A DNA stretch of 64,000 nt. Source: a virus. This document shows, piece by piece, positions 1 to 8,329 of this stretch; the first letter of the stretch is position 1, and the number at the start of each line of letters is the position of its first letter. The notes under the pieces are model-generated. The model was not told the origin of the DNA. It did no database searches and was given only the letters and a program-made list of their open reading frames with translations. The position numbers were made by a program, and so were the translations under genes. Where the stretch lies: IMG/VR virus record IMGVR_UViG_3300050343_000199, positions 1 through 64,000 of that record. One strand, written 5' to 3'.

Positions 1-1403
1 CCCATGGATCCACCCATAAGAATGAAGTTAGTTTCAGTTGCTTCTGTATCTGCAAACAGATCCATAGCAGCATTTACTTCTCCAGGAGTATATGAGTAAT
101 CATCAACTCCTCCGGATAATGTAGATTCATTTAATGCTGCAAGAAGAAACTTATCGCCGGTTGTCATTGCGGTTGATGCTTGTCCGAATGCTTCTCCACC
201 GCCTGCCGTTGTTGGTTCTACAAGACCGGTTAGTGCTCCACTTGTGTAGATAAATTCCGATTGTAAATTAACGATATCTTTGAAATACAAAGAAGAACCT
301 TCTGCACTCTTGGCATCAGTCATCTTGGAAAGATATGTAATTCTTTCTAGTACAGTTGATGCAGCACCGGAAACATCACCAGTGGTGTCAATAACTGCAA
401 TATGAATTTCGTCATATGAAATTCCTCTAGAAGATGCATATACAGAAGTACCAGGACGAGGACCAATTGCACCAAGAGTTAATTCAGTTCCTGCAATTTT
501 AGTATTGGTATACCAATCTTTAACTGAAGAAATTGCAATGTTATCATTTGATACTGTACCAATAGTAACAGAAAGATCTGCACTTGCACCAGTTCCAAGA
601 TCTGCTGCTGGTACTGTAACAACATCGCCTTGTGTATATCCAGTACCACCTGCTTGAACTGTAACTGAAGTAACAGCTCCGTTGACATCAATGATAGCTT
701 GTACTTGTAACCCAGATCCTGTACCACCAGATGGTGAAGATGTGTGGGAACCATTCTGAGAACCAACGCCAGTATATGCAGCAAATGTAACTGCTGATAC
801 AATACCATCTCCGGGTTCATCAAATACATCAGATGATGTAATAAGTGAACCGGGGTTCTCTAGGATAACTGCTAATTCATTCGTTGCACTATCAAAAGAA
901 TAAATTCTGCCTGCTTTACCACCTACAGTTGTAAATGCAGTGTTTGCTGTTGTAGTTGCAGGAGCAGATGCTAGTGTTAGAATCTGATCTGCACCACGGT
1001 CAACTGCAACAACCTTAAGTGAGTTACCCCACGATCCTGCTGTTCTTGCTACGAATGCTTCTGCACCACCAACACCAGATTGATAATCTGATTCGTTTCT
1101 TACTAAAACTGCTGTGCCATCTGATGTTGCATTAAGAACACTGGTTTCTGCACGAACTACCGCTAATCTACCACCGTATCCTAGAAACTCAGACGCAACG
1201 AGCCAGTCTTCTGCATTTGATTCCGAAGGAGTACCAAAGGTTGCTACCAAATCTTTCAATGAAGAGATGGGAGTAACTTCTCCGATGGGTCCTTTTTGGA
1301 ATGATGATGCTAAAGCTGCTGTTAGAGTTGAGCTGCCTACAATGGTAACATTAGTAAGGTCGCGTTCTCTTAAAATAACACCAGGCGAGACTTGACTTGC
1401 CAT
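1..1403 (-). CDS. g18: Tail sheath protein (gp18), 3' end beyond window start
   Basis: Not in ORF track (no stop in window). My translation from ATG at 1403: MASQVSPGVILRERDLTNVTIVG...FQKGPIGEVTPISS...FGTPSESNAEDWLVASEFLGYGGRLAVVRA, open to position 1. AAGGAG RBS and late promoter upstream; follows g17. Confidence 0.95.
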   Translation of the reverse strand, partial: MASQVSPGVILRERDLTNVTIVGSSTLTAALASSFQKGPIGEVTPISSLKDLVATFGTPSESNAEDWLVASEFLGYGGRLAVVRAETSVLNATSDGTAVLVRNESDYQSGVGGAEAFVARTAGSWGNSLKVVAVDRGADQILTLASAPATTTANTAFTTVGGKAGRIYSFDSATNELAVILENPGSLITSSDVFDEPGDGIVSAVTFAAYTGVGSQNGSHTSSPSGGTGSGLQVQAIIDVNGAVTSVTVQAGGTGYTQGDVVTVPAADLGTGASADLSVTIGTVSNDNIAISSVKDWYTNTKIAGTELTLGAIGPRPGTSVYASSRGISYDEIHIAVIDTTGDVSGAASTVLERITYLSKMTDAKSAEGSSLYFKDIVNLQSEFIYTSGALTGLVEPTTAGGGEAFGQASTAMTTGDKFLLAALNESTLSGGVDDYSYTPGEVNAAMDLFADTEATETNFILMGGSM

Positions 1404-1440
1404 CTTTTATCTCCTTAGAAATTCCGATTTTACCTGAAAT

Positions 1441-1448
1441 TATTTATC
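1441..1448 (-). promoter_or_regulatory. T4-like late promoter GATAAATA upstream of g18
   Basis: Motif in the intergenic gap about 40 nt before the g18 ATG. Confidence 0.75.
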
Positions 1449-1488
1449 TAAACCAGGTTCTTCAGAGGGGAAACCATGCATGAACTTA

Positions 1489-1710
1489 TTACCAGTCTGG
1501 ATACTCCCACCTGTTACTATCTATTTTTCTTGTTTTTAATACTCTAATCTTAGTGCAGTCTTTACATTCGTATGAATATGCTGACGGGGTAGTTCTATTT
1601 TTTCTAGTTTTATAGAAATCATTAATCAATTCTTTAGTTACACCACACGACCTACATTTCCTTTCTGTAAATATCAGATGGTCTAGGGAGAATTGATCTT
1701 CTATATTCAT
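1489..1710 (-). CDS. 73-aa Cys4 zinc-finger protein (CxxC...CxxC)
   Basis: MNIEDQFSLDHLIFTERKCRSCG...YECKDC; ATG at 1710 overlaps the g17 TGA, preferred over the longer ORF-track start. Confidence 0.75.
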   Translation of the reverse strand: MNIEDQFSLDHLIFTERKCRSCGVTKELINDFYKTRKNRTTPSAYSYECKDCTKIRVLKTRKIDSNRWEYPDW

Positions 1711-3362
1711 CAGTAGTTCCACATGTATCCAACTTCTTCCTGTGTCGTTCCATACTGCCAAACGGTTCCGTCTTCGTCCACGAAGGTATCATCACCCAAA
1801 CCGTCATCAATAAACCCAAAAGGAGCCATGTCTTGGTCAATTTGATTTCTTTGTTCATCATAAATTCTTCTCCTAACATCTTGATCTGTCATTTCTTTGA
1901 AGTATTCTTGCATGACTAACCACGCAAACAAAACCATACACATAACAAGGTCATCATGATATCCCTCGTCTGCTTCCCACGCCTGTTTCTTCTGTACGAA
2001 CGTAGTAAGTTCTTGGAAGATCTGGAAGTCATTAAACAATAACTTATCTTCTTCAATAATTGCTTTGAGATTAGAGCAACCGATCTTCTTCACGGTTACA
2101 CTCATCTTAACACCTAGTTGAGTTTTGTTTCCTGAAAATCCTTGCCCCACGACTTGACCTGCTCTACCACGCATCGCACACATAAGTACGTTAGGATATT
2201 CAAGATCATAATTGAGAGTAGAAGCAATACCATCTCCAATATCATTTACTTCTACTAGAACATATGGATTATTATATTCTTTGCAAACTTGAAAAATTAC
2301 TGAGGGAAACAGTATAGGTTTAATCTCATTATTTCTGTACTTCGCAACGATCTGATACGGCATCGTGGTGATATCAAACACGAGGAAAGCACTGTAGTCA
2401 CCACCAATTCCTCTGGCAACATCAACAGTAATAATGTATTCGTGATCTTTTTCTGCTCTCGTATAAACATCAAGTCCTGCATTGCTTGCAATAGGATCGT
2501 GGAATGGTATAGTTTGTAATTTTGATGGACTGATTAAAGTATCAGCAGATCCAAGGAAGTCGCACTCAAACTCTTGCGCGAACTGTCTTGGAGATGTGTT
2601 CTTAATTGTCTCTTCTTTCCACTTAGCATCTCTGCCAGGTACTTGAGACCAGTGGACTTCGTTTGTAGTGTAATCATTTCTACCCCTACTAGCATCCTCC
2701 CACATCTTGTAGAAATGATTCATGCCGTTAGGCGTTGAGATAATAATTACTTTCGTTGATTTACCAGAAGTAATAGTAGGATAAACAGAGGCAAAGAATT
2801 GCTCCGCAACATGGTTTGGAACGAATGCGAATTCGTCAAGGAAGAGGATGTTAAACGACATGCCTCGGACAGCACTTGCAGATGTAGAAGCTGCCAATAT
2901 CTTACTGCCATTCTCTAACTCTACGTTACCTTTATTCCATACAAGAATACCATGCTGCATCCACTTAGGCAAGTTCTCATATGCAAGTTGTAATCTTCCT
3001 AGAAGTTCCCTAGCGGTAGATGCCTTGTTCGCAAGAATACCAATATTGACACTATCAAAAAAGATTGCATAGTAAAGAAGATAAGCGACAACAGTAGTAG
3101 ACTTCCCTGTTTGTCTTGGGAGTTTTGCGATGTTGAATCTGTTTTCATGAAAATCATTCAAAATTTTCTTTTGAAAATCATACATCTTGAAAGGTATCAA
3201 ACCCTCATCAAGAGAAATGATTTTAATGTAATTCATTGCAAAATAAATAGGATCATTTTTACATCTGATCCATTCATCAATTTGTTTTTTTGTAAAACTG
3301 ATTGGGGTCCCTGCCTTTTTTAGGTTAGGATTACCCAAATATACATCATTACTAGTTGCCAA
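1710..3362 (-). CDS. g17: Terminase large subunit (gp17)
   Basis: Walker A PRQTGKST, Walker B LFLDEFAF, ISTPNG coupling motif, nuclease DVARG and HDDLVM motifs. Confidence 0.98.
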   Translation of the reverse strand: MATSNDVYLGNPNLKKAGTPISFTKKQIDEWIRCKNDPIYFAMNYIKIISLDEGLIPFKMYDFQKKILNDFHENRFNIAKLPRQTGKSTTVVAYLLYYAIFFDSVNIGILANKASTARELLGRLQLAYENLPKWMQHGILVWNKGNVELENGSKILAASTSASAVRGMSFNILFLDEFAFVPNHVAEQFFASVYPTITSGKSTKVIIISTPNGMNHFYKMWEDASRGRNDYTTNEVHWSQVPGRDAKWKEETIKNTSPRQFAQEFECDFLGSADTLISPSKLQTIPFHDPIASNAGLDVYTRAEKDHEYIITVDVARGIGGDYSAFLVFDITTMPYQIVAKYRNNEIKPILFPSVIFQVCKEYNNPYVLVEVNDIGDGIASTLNYDLEYPNVLMCAMRGRAGQVVGQGFSGNKTQLGVKMSVTVKKIGCSNLKAIIEEDKLLFNDFQIFQELTTFVQKKQAWEADEGYHDDLVMCMVLFAWLVMQEYFKEMTDQDVRRRIYDEQRNQIDQDMAPFGFIDDGLGDDTFVDEDGTVWQYGTTQEEVGYMWNY

Positions 3363-3386
3363 AACAAAATACTAGTTCACCACTAC

Positions 3387-3394
3387 TATTTATA
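3387..3394 (-). promoter_or_regulatory. Late promoter TATAAATA upstream of g17
   Basis: Perfect T4 late consensus about 25 nt before the g17 ATG. Confidence 0.85.
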
Positions 3395-3689
3395 GGTCTC
3401 CAAATTGATCGCGCATATCTTCTAGCATTCCTTTCTTTGCTGCGATAGCACCTTCAATATAACCAGCACGTCTTTCCCACGTCTGACCACCACCAATTCC
3501 TTTTGATGGGTTGATACATGTATCGTCACCTAGGTTATTGCAAACTAATCCAGCAAGATCTAGTTCACTACTATCATAAGATGCGGCTGTACCACTAAAC
3601 ATATGTTTGCCGTTAATCCAAATAGCACCACATTTAGGACATTCTTTTCTCTCTAGTTTGAGATCCGACAGTTCCTTATCGTTGGTCAT
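3390..3689 (-). CDS. Hypothetical 99-aa protein with four Cys (CPKC...C...C)
   Basis: ORF track; fits the tightly packed operon. Confidence 0.75.
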   Translation of the reverse strand: MTNDKELSDLKLERKECPKCGAIWINGKHMFSGTAASYDSSELDLAGLVCNNLGDDTCINPSKGIGGGQTWERRAGYIEGAIAAKKGMLEDMRDQFGDL

Positions 3690-3897
3690 CTTTTAATTCC
3701 TTTATAAGTTTGTTGTAATCAGGTAGATCCTTTATGAGTTGTTGTTCTAATTTACGCCTCATCATAAACATTCTAAATTTAACCCATTGATATCTAATTA
3801 CTAGATCAATGTACGCGAATAGACGCACCGTTTCTTCCATACCTGCATACGTTACAAGTAGAATAAAACAAGTGATTAATACATAGAGTCCGAGCAT
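3676..3897 (-). CDS. Hypothetical 73-aa protein with hydrophobic N-terminus
   Basis: ORF track; likely signal/TM segment. Confidence 0.7.
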   Translation of the reverse strand: MLGLYVLITCFILLVTYAGMEETVRLFAYIDLVIRYQWVKFRMFMMRRKLEQQLIKDLPDYNKLIKELKDDQR

Positions 3898-3920
3898 TGT
3901 GTTACACTACGCTACAAAGT

Positions 3921-3926
3921 ATTATA
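3921..3926 (-). promoter_or_regulatory. Possible sigma70-type -10 element TATAAT
   Basis: TATAAT in the 80-bp gap before 3897; no well-spaced -35. Confidence 0.3.
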
Positions 3927-3977
3927 GGACTATGTAGGTAAAAATCGTGTAAAGAATACTAACAATTTGTGTATTGT

Positions 3978-4178
3978 CTACATTTCCGTAAAATTGTATT
4001 CTGCCATCATAGCAAACATTCTCTTCTTCATTATATCCAGAAGAACTTGTTCTTCAGCAGGACGTGCAGGGGATCCTGGCCACATCTTAATTGAATAATC
4101 ATAGTGATCATACAGACATCGGACTTCATCTATTCCTAATGTCATGGTACAATGCCATTCATTTTCTTGAGGGTTCAT
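3978..4178 (-). CDS. Hypothetical 66-aa protein
   Basis: ORF track; packed in operon. Confidence 0.7.
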   Translation of the reverse strand: MNPQENEWHCTMTLGIDEVRCLYDHYDYSIKMWPGSPARPAEEQVLLDIMKKRMFAMMAEYNFTEM

Positions 4179-4262
4179 TTGTTTACGTTACAGGTTAGTT
4201 CGCAATTTTCTCCTTCAAATTCTGAATTAGGGATAAAAGGTGAGGATCCACACACAGCACTT

Positions 4263-4721
4263 CTACACCATCGTGCCCCGTGCTCTTCTGATTTCTCTGA
4301 GTGCTTCAAGGTCCATGTTTTTTGTTCCTCCGTCATATGCATGAGCGTAACCCTCCTCAATCATTTGTTCGTTAAGCGACACGTCTCCGTCCCCAATGTA
4401 AAGCCAACCCAGAAGACGCCCGTATTTGCCAGTCCCACCAACAAGTTCAGTCCTAACAGACAACTCATCATCACCAGCCAACGTACCTTCCAGTTTTTCT
4501 TTGAGCCAGTTTGTTGCTTCAATTCCAAGTGCTTTCTCCTCTAGGTTTCTGGTTCTCTTCTCTGGCGTATCAACTCCTGCAACTCTAACTCTTTCTTTCT
4601 TGTATAGATCAAACCCAAGATCAATGGTGACATCAATAGTATCCCCGTCAAGAACACGATTGATCTCCGTCACTCGGAAGTTGTAGCAGCTCTTCCTGCT
4701 TGGGGGTGTCATGGATCCCAT
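4263..4721 (-). CDS. Staphylococcal-nuclease (thermonuclease)-like protein
   Basis: Motifs VLDGDTI, RVAGVDTPE, GKYGRLLG, NEQMIEEGYA. Confidence 0.88.
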   Translation of the reverse strand: MGSMTPPSRKSCYNFRVTEINRVLDGDTIDVTIDLGFDLYKKERVRVAGVDTPEKRTRNLEEKALGIEATNWLKEKLEGTLAGDDELSVRTELVGGTGKYGRLLGWLYIGDGDVSLNEQMIEEGYAHAYDGGTKNMDLEALREIRRARGTMV

Positions 4722-4854
4722 GGGATTCTCTCTTATCTATTCTTAGTATGTATATGATGCTATAAACTGCCATAACTACCACAATAAATGTCATAATAAT
4801 CACCGACCATACTGGATCAGATGGATTATCTAAAGGACGTAGTAGTAAATTCAT
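4648..4854 (-). CDS. Small single-pass membrane protein (68 aa)
   Basis: TM stretch VWSVIIMTFIVVVMAVYSIIYIL; ATGA coupling to upstream ORF; overlaps nuclease by 74 nt. Confidence 0.65.
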   Translation of the reverse strand: MNLLLRPLDNPSDPVWSVIIMTFIVVVMAVYSIIYILRIDKRESHGIHDTPKQEELLQLPSDGDQSCS

Positions 4855-5027
4855 AATCTATTTCCACTCCCTGCAGAAGGAATTAATTGATATGCCATCT
4901 TATTTCTCAATTCATTAATACGATCTTTATCATACTGTTGAAAGTTTCCTCTCTTATCAACTTTCTTATAGTAGTGTAATGCGTTTAGGATGATTGTGTA
5001 ATCCTCCATTGTTAATTCAAATTTCAT
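4851..5027 (-). CDS. Hypothetical 58-aa protein (not in ORF track)
   Basis: My translation MKFELTMEDYTIILNALHYYKK...SGNRL; ATGA overlaps at both ends. Confidence 0.7.
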   Translation of the reverse strand: MKFELTMEDYTIILNALHYYKKVDKRGNFQQYDKDRINELRNKMAYQLIPSAGSGNRL

Positions 5028-5107
5028 TTTCTATATGGCAATGGCCAAGTAATATGTAAAGTGAAACATAACAGTGAAACAAATCCAAAAACAAATAGAG
5101 CACTCAT
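5024..5107 (-). CDS. 27-aa hydrophobic micro-protein (not in ORF track)
   Basis: MSALFVFGFVSLLCFTLHITWPLPYRK; exactly fills the gap between neighbours. Confidence 0.5.
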   Translation of the reverse strand: MSALFVFGFVSLLCFTLHITWPLPYRK

Positions 5108-5108
5108 T

Positions 5109-5282
5109 TTATTTCTTCCAAGTTATCCAAGGATCTTTATTGTGTAGACATGAATTTGGATGTGTCCAGTCTTCAAATTCCCAATGTCCTTTATCTAATG
5201 ATATTAGTTGTAGTTTTAAATTTTTATTTTCTTTTTTGAGTGCGTAAATTTCTTCTTTCAATCTTGTAATTTGCCTGTCCAT
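5109..5282 (-). CDS. Hypothetical 57-aa protein with coiled-coil-like N-terminus (not in ORF track)
   Basis: MDRQITRLKEEIYALKKENKNLKLQL...PWITWKK; stop 1 nt before the next ATG. Confidence 0.65.
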   Translation of the reverse strand: MDRQITRLKEEIYALKKENKNLKLQLISLDKGHWEFEDWTHPNSCLHNKDPWITWKK

Positions 5283-5461
5283 ATATCCCTAAAATAAAAG
5301 TCAACTTTAGTGAGCCCTGTTAAGGGTGGAGTCTCACCTCCCTCAGCCCACTCCATACAAAACCTATGTATTTGATCACATGAATTGACATGACGAACAC
5401 CATATATTCTTGCGAACGATGACATAGCAAAATTATATTTTGATTTAATATGTGGTTTCAT
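5258..5461 (-). CDS. Hypothetical 67-aa protein
   Basis: ORF track. Confidence 0.65.
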   Translation of the reverse strand: MKPHIKSKYNFAMSSFARIYGVRHVNSCDQIHRFCMEWAEGGETPPLTGLTKVDFYFRDIWTGKLQD

Positions 5462-5627
5462 ATTGTTGAATTAATCTTTGGGTTTGTTTTCTATCAGACC
5501 CACAAGGAGCATTCCTTAGACACATAAGAATTAATTCGTCATCACTGATAGAGGGTTTAATTGTAAACCCCCACTTATCAACTTCACCTTCTACAGGTGC
5601 TTCAACGTAATCAAATTCGTGTGGCAT
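5445..5627 (-). CDS. Hypothetical 60-aa protein
   Basis: MPHEFDYVEAPVEGEVDKWGF...; ATG at 5627 gives a short overlap with the upstream gene. Confidence 0.65.
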   Translation of the reverse strand: MPHEFDYVEAPVEGEVDKWGFTIKPSISDDELILMCLRNAPCGSDRKQTQRLIQQYETTY

Positions 5628-6087
5628 TACCTGGTGATAGCGATTGGAAAATTTTAGAACATACATTTACAGCATGGGTTGCTCCATATACTCCAGAGAA
5701 GATATATGAAATACCTAACTTACTACAATACTTTTGAAGTTCCTGACATTTTGAAATGTCACTAGTGCTGTAATCAATAACAATATCACCCTCCTCAAGT
5801 AATGGTAGCAACTCATCTAGAGTGTCTTCTGCCTTTTGCTCTGGACATGTCATCTGAAAAATACCAGGAATTTTTCCTGCACTAGTAAACTTATTCCCAT
5901 CAGATTTAACTGCTCGGACAAGATACTCTATTGAAGTTACACATCCACTAAGGTGTCCTGCTTCATATTGTCCACAGGCATTCTCATAGTTAGTACTACT
6001 GTAACCCCAGACTTCAATACCCTTAGCAAGCATACGGCGAGCCATACCTTCACCAGTACGACCTAACCCAATCATTCCAATTTTCAT
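5611..6087 (-). CDS. Stand-alone, degenerate 6-phosphogluconate-dehydrogenase-like NAD(P)-binding domain (158 aa)
   Basis: KIGMIGLGRTG Rossmann motif, IEVWGY, LLEEGDIVID; no C-terminal helical domain. Confidence 0.8.
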   Translation of the reverse strand: MKIGMIGLGRTGEGMARRMLAKGIEVWGYSSTNYENACGQYEAGHLSGCVTSIEYLVRAVKSDGNKFTSAGKIPGIFQMTCPEQKAEDTLDELLPLLEEGDIVIDYSTSDISKCQELQKYCSKLGISYIFSGVYGATHAVNVCSKIFQSLSPGNATRI

Positions 6088-6096
6088 TTAATTAAC

Positions 6097-6420
6097 TCAA
6101 TTTACATGTACAACGCCGGTCATACCAGCGCCTTGATGAGGACCACAGAAGAAATTATAGTCCCCTGCGTCAGCAAATACAACGTCTTGTGATTCTCCTG
6201 GAGCAAACAGTAATGCTTCTCTAGACAGGTCAGGACGTGCCTCAACAATAATATTATGGGGAGGTAATGATTCATTGATAAAATGAACCGTATCACCTGC
6301 AGAGATTGTGATCTCATTCGGTGAGAATGCTAGGTTACCATTAGCACCCATTGATACATCAACTGCCCATACAGGAGCAGCAATAAAAAGAGTAAAAAGA
6401 AAACTAATAATAAATTTCAT
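6097..6420 (-). CDS. petE: Plastocyanin
   Basis: Signal peptide ending VWA; Cu ligands PPHN and CGPHQGAGM. Confidence 0.96.
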   Translation of the reverse strand: MKFIISFLFTLFIAAPVWAVDVSMGANGNLAFSPNEITISAGDTVHFINESLPPHNIIVEARPDLSREALLFAPGESQDVVFADAGDYNFFCGPHQGAGMTGVVHVN

Positions 6421-6425
6421 AATTG

Positions 6426-6617
6426 TTATAAACTAATTTTTAACCAAGGTAATAGTGGAGGAATAATTCCTATGAGCCTGAGGAGACCTTCAGCAAATAA
6501 AGCGAGAACAACCCAACCCACACACATAGAAATAAGTCCAGCATTCCGGTTGTGTTTACGAATTGCATCATCAATCATCTCCTGACACTCTTGTTTAGTT
6601 ACGTAATCTTTGGGCAT
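6426..6617 (-). CDS. Small membrane protein (63 aa)
   Basis: ORF track; C-terminal hydrophobic helix. Confidence 0.7.
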   Translation of the reverse strand: MPKDYVTKQECQEMIDDAIRKHNRNAGLISMCVGWVVLALFAEGLLRLIGIIPPLLPWLKISL

Positions 6618-6668
6618 TATGTAACTCCACTATCTATAATATGTGTGCGTGATTATACTAACCATTTG

Positions 6669-6845
6669 TTATGAGTTCGTGACTTCACAGATTTGATCTG
6701 GACAGTACTCCTCTTTATAGTAATGTATTTTTTCAATTAAATTTTCATATTGATCCCACATGTATTCCGAACCAGTTTGTTCTTGGTACATTTTACATGC
6801 TTTTTCTAAACGGTAAATGTCGCAGGCATTTAGTCTCATCGTCAT
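6669..6845 (-). CDS. Hypothetical 58-aa protein (not in ORF track)
   Basis: MTMRLNACDIYRLEKACKMYQEQTGSEYMWDQYENLIEK...VTNS. Confidence 0.65.
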   Translation of the reverse strand: MTMRLNACDIYRLEKACKMYQEQTGSEYMWDQYENLIEKIHYYKEEYCPDQICEVTNS

Positions 6846-6879
6846 AACACAAGTTATACAAATAATTATAGTAATTTAC

Positions 6880-7158
6880 TTAGCAATTCCACGCTCTCAA
6901 ACTTTTATTAATCCTACTGTCAGGATCTCGTGACGTTTTCTTGCTAGTCAGTTTCTTTTTCATGCCTTTCATTCTTGCACAGAATGATGCACGTCTTTTA
7001 TTTCCTTTCTTTTTTGATGGAGCTTTTAAATCAGAACCAGGATTTTCACGTTCATAAGACTTTCTTCCTTTTTCATTAAGACCACCCTCTTTATTTTGAC
7101 CGGATTTTTTTGTCCATGCAGATTCCGAAAGATCTTTAATCTCTTTATATGATTTCAT
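6880..7158 (-). CDS. Basic 92-aa hypothetical protein
   Basis: SESAWTKKSGQNKEGGLNEKGRKSY...SFCARM...LRAWNC; preceded by a late motif. Confidence 0.8.
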   Translation of the reverse strand: MKSYKEIKDLSESAWTKKSGQNKEGGLNEKGRKSYERENPGSDLKAPSKKKGNKRRASFCARMKGMKKKLTSKKTSRDPDSRINKSLRAWNC

Positions 7159-7177
7159 GAGATTCCAACAATTATGT

Positions 7178-7888
7178 TTATTTATTTCTACCTTGATAGT
7201 GCCATTTAGGTTTACCCGTTAAACCATTTAAATATATTAAATTAGTTGAAAGTACATAGCGAGGATTATCCGTAGGATTTAATTCCGTTTTATGAGTTAA
7301 CCAACCAGGAAAAAATAAAACATCGTTTGTTTTTACTTCAATAGGTCCCCAGATAAGATCAGTACTATCTTGACCTAGAGGTTCTGAACATTTATATGGT
7401 CTTAGTGGATTTTCAATTAAAAGGTTTCCACTTTTTTCTGGGACTTCTAGATATGCTGCAATAGCAATACATGCATTTTGATGGTGATGTGCTTCAGTCC
7501 ATCCACCCTTTCTATGTACATTAATCCATGATTCTGATACAGACATATGACATGGTGGAGACTTATACCATGTGGTCATTAAAAATGAAGTTACATACTC
7601 AACAAACTCAAAAAATTTTTCAAATTCTTGCCAGTTATGTGGTACATCCCAATCAGTTTCTACTTTGTACCCTGCAACATTATTAAGATGAACTCCAGTA
7701 ATAGCATCACCGTTTTCTGGATCACCCCAACCTTTTGCTGTAGAAATCTTTTTTGATTCTTTTAAATAATTATCTACTTTAGGTTGAAATGATTTAAAAT
7801 TAAAATTAAAATTTGTTTTGTAGATATATGCAGGAAAGGCATCTATGCCTTCCATAAAATCAAACTCATTATGATATTGAAAATCCAT
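7178..7888 (-). CDS. 2OG-Fe(II) oxygenase superfamily protein (TIGR02466-like)
   Basis: SWINV...HHH, LLIENP, VLFFPGWLTH, RYVLSTN. Confidence 0.85.
   Translation of the reverse strand: MDFQYHNEFDFMEGIDAFPAYIYKTNFNFNFKSFQPKVDNYLKESKKISTAKGWGDPENGDAITGVHLNNVAGYKVETDWDVPHNWQEFEKFFEFVEYVTSFLMTTWYKSPPCHMSVSESWINVHRKGGWTEAHHHQNACIAIAAYLEVPEKSGNLLIENPLRPYKCSEPLGQDSTDLIWGPIEVKTNDVLFFPGWLTHKTELNPTDNPRYVLSTNLIYLNGLTGKPKWHYQGRNK
7179..7186 (-). promoter_or_regulatory. Late promoter AATAAATA overlapping the oxygenase stop
   Basis: Motif about 20 nt before ATG 7158. Confidence 0.6.
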
Positions 7889-7908
7889 AATTTAATTACT
7901 CATAATAA

Positions 7909-7916
7909 TATTTATC
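7909..7916 (-). promoter_or_regulatory. Late promoter GATAAATA upstream of the oxygenase
   Basis: Abuts the g16 stop, about 20 nt before ATG 7888. Confidence 0.65.
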
Positions 7917-8329
7917 TACCTTTTTCCACCACTCATATCCTTAAGCATTTTCTGTAACTCAGCAGTACTACCAACAAACATAGCGTTATTGGTAACTTTA
8001 GATGGTCCTTTTTTATCTTCATCTAAGTCTTTCATTTTTTTATGAAGATCTTGAAGTTTCTCTGTCATGTCTGAGACATGCTTCATTGCCGCTACAGCAA
8101 CTTCATATGCTCTTGGGTGCCCACTTTCCTGAGCAACCTCTAACGCACCTCTGACCGCCTCCTGACCTTGATCTATGAGTGAGTATAGTTCTCCTCTGGT
8201 ATATCGGTAATCTTTTTCCCGATCATCCTCGTCAACCTTAGGTGGTTGTGGTTTACATGGTTTTGATTCCTCAACAGGTTCAGCACTAATGTTGAGGACA
8301 TCTTCCATATTTTCTTCTAGGTTACTCAT
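7916..8329 (-). CDS. g16: Terminase small subunit (gp16)
   Basis: DYRYTRGELYSL...GHPRAYEV...NNAMFVGSTAELQKML; follows g15. Confidence 0.93.
   Translation of the reverse strand: MSNLEENMEDVLNISAEPVEESKPCKPQPPKVDEDDREKDYRYTRGELYSLIDQGQEAVRGALEVAQESGHPRAYEVAVAAMKHVSDMTEKLQDLHKKMKDLDEDKKGPSKVTNNAMFVGSTAELQKMLKDMSGGKR

Noticed and set aside
479-1879. Minus-strand ORFs 479..829 and 1652..1879
   Set aside because: Alternate frames within g18 and the g17 3' end.
1710-3362. Intron or intein in terL or other core genes
   Set aside because: Frames are uninterrupted and terL is of normal length; no splicing motifs seen.
4175-4360. 61-aa ORF overlapping the nuclease end; its last 26 codons (GTG at 4255) fill a gap and end in an ATGA overlap
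   Set aside because: No ATG or clear RBS for the short form; possible micro-ORF but unsupported.
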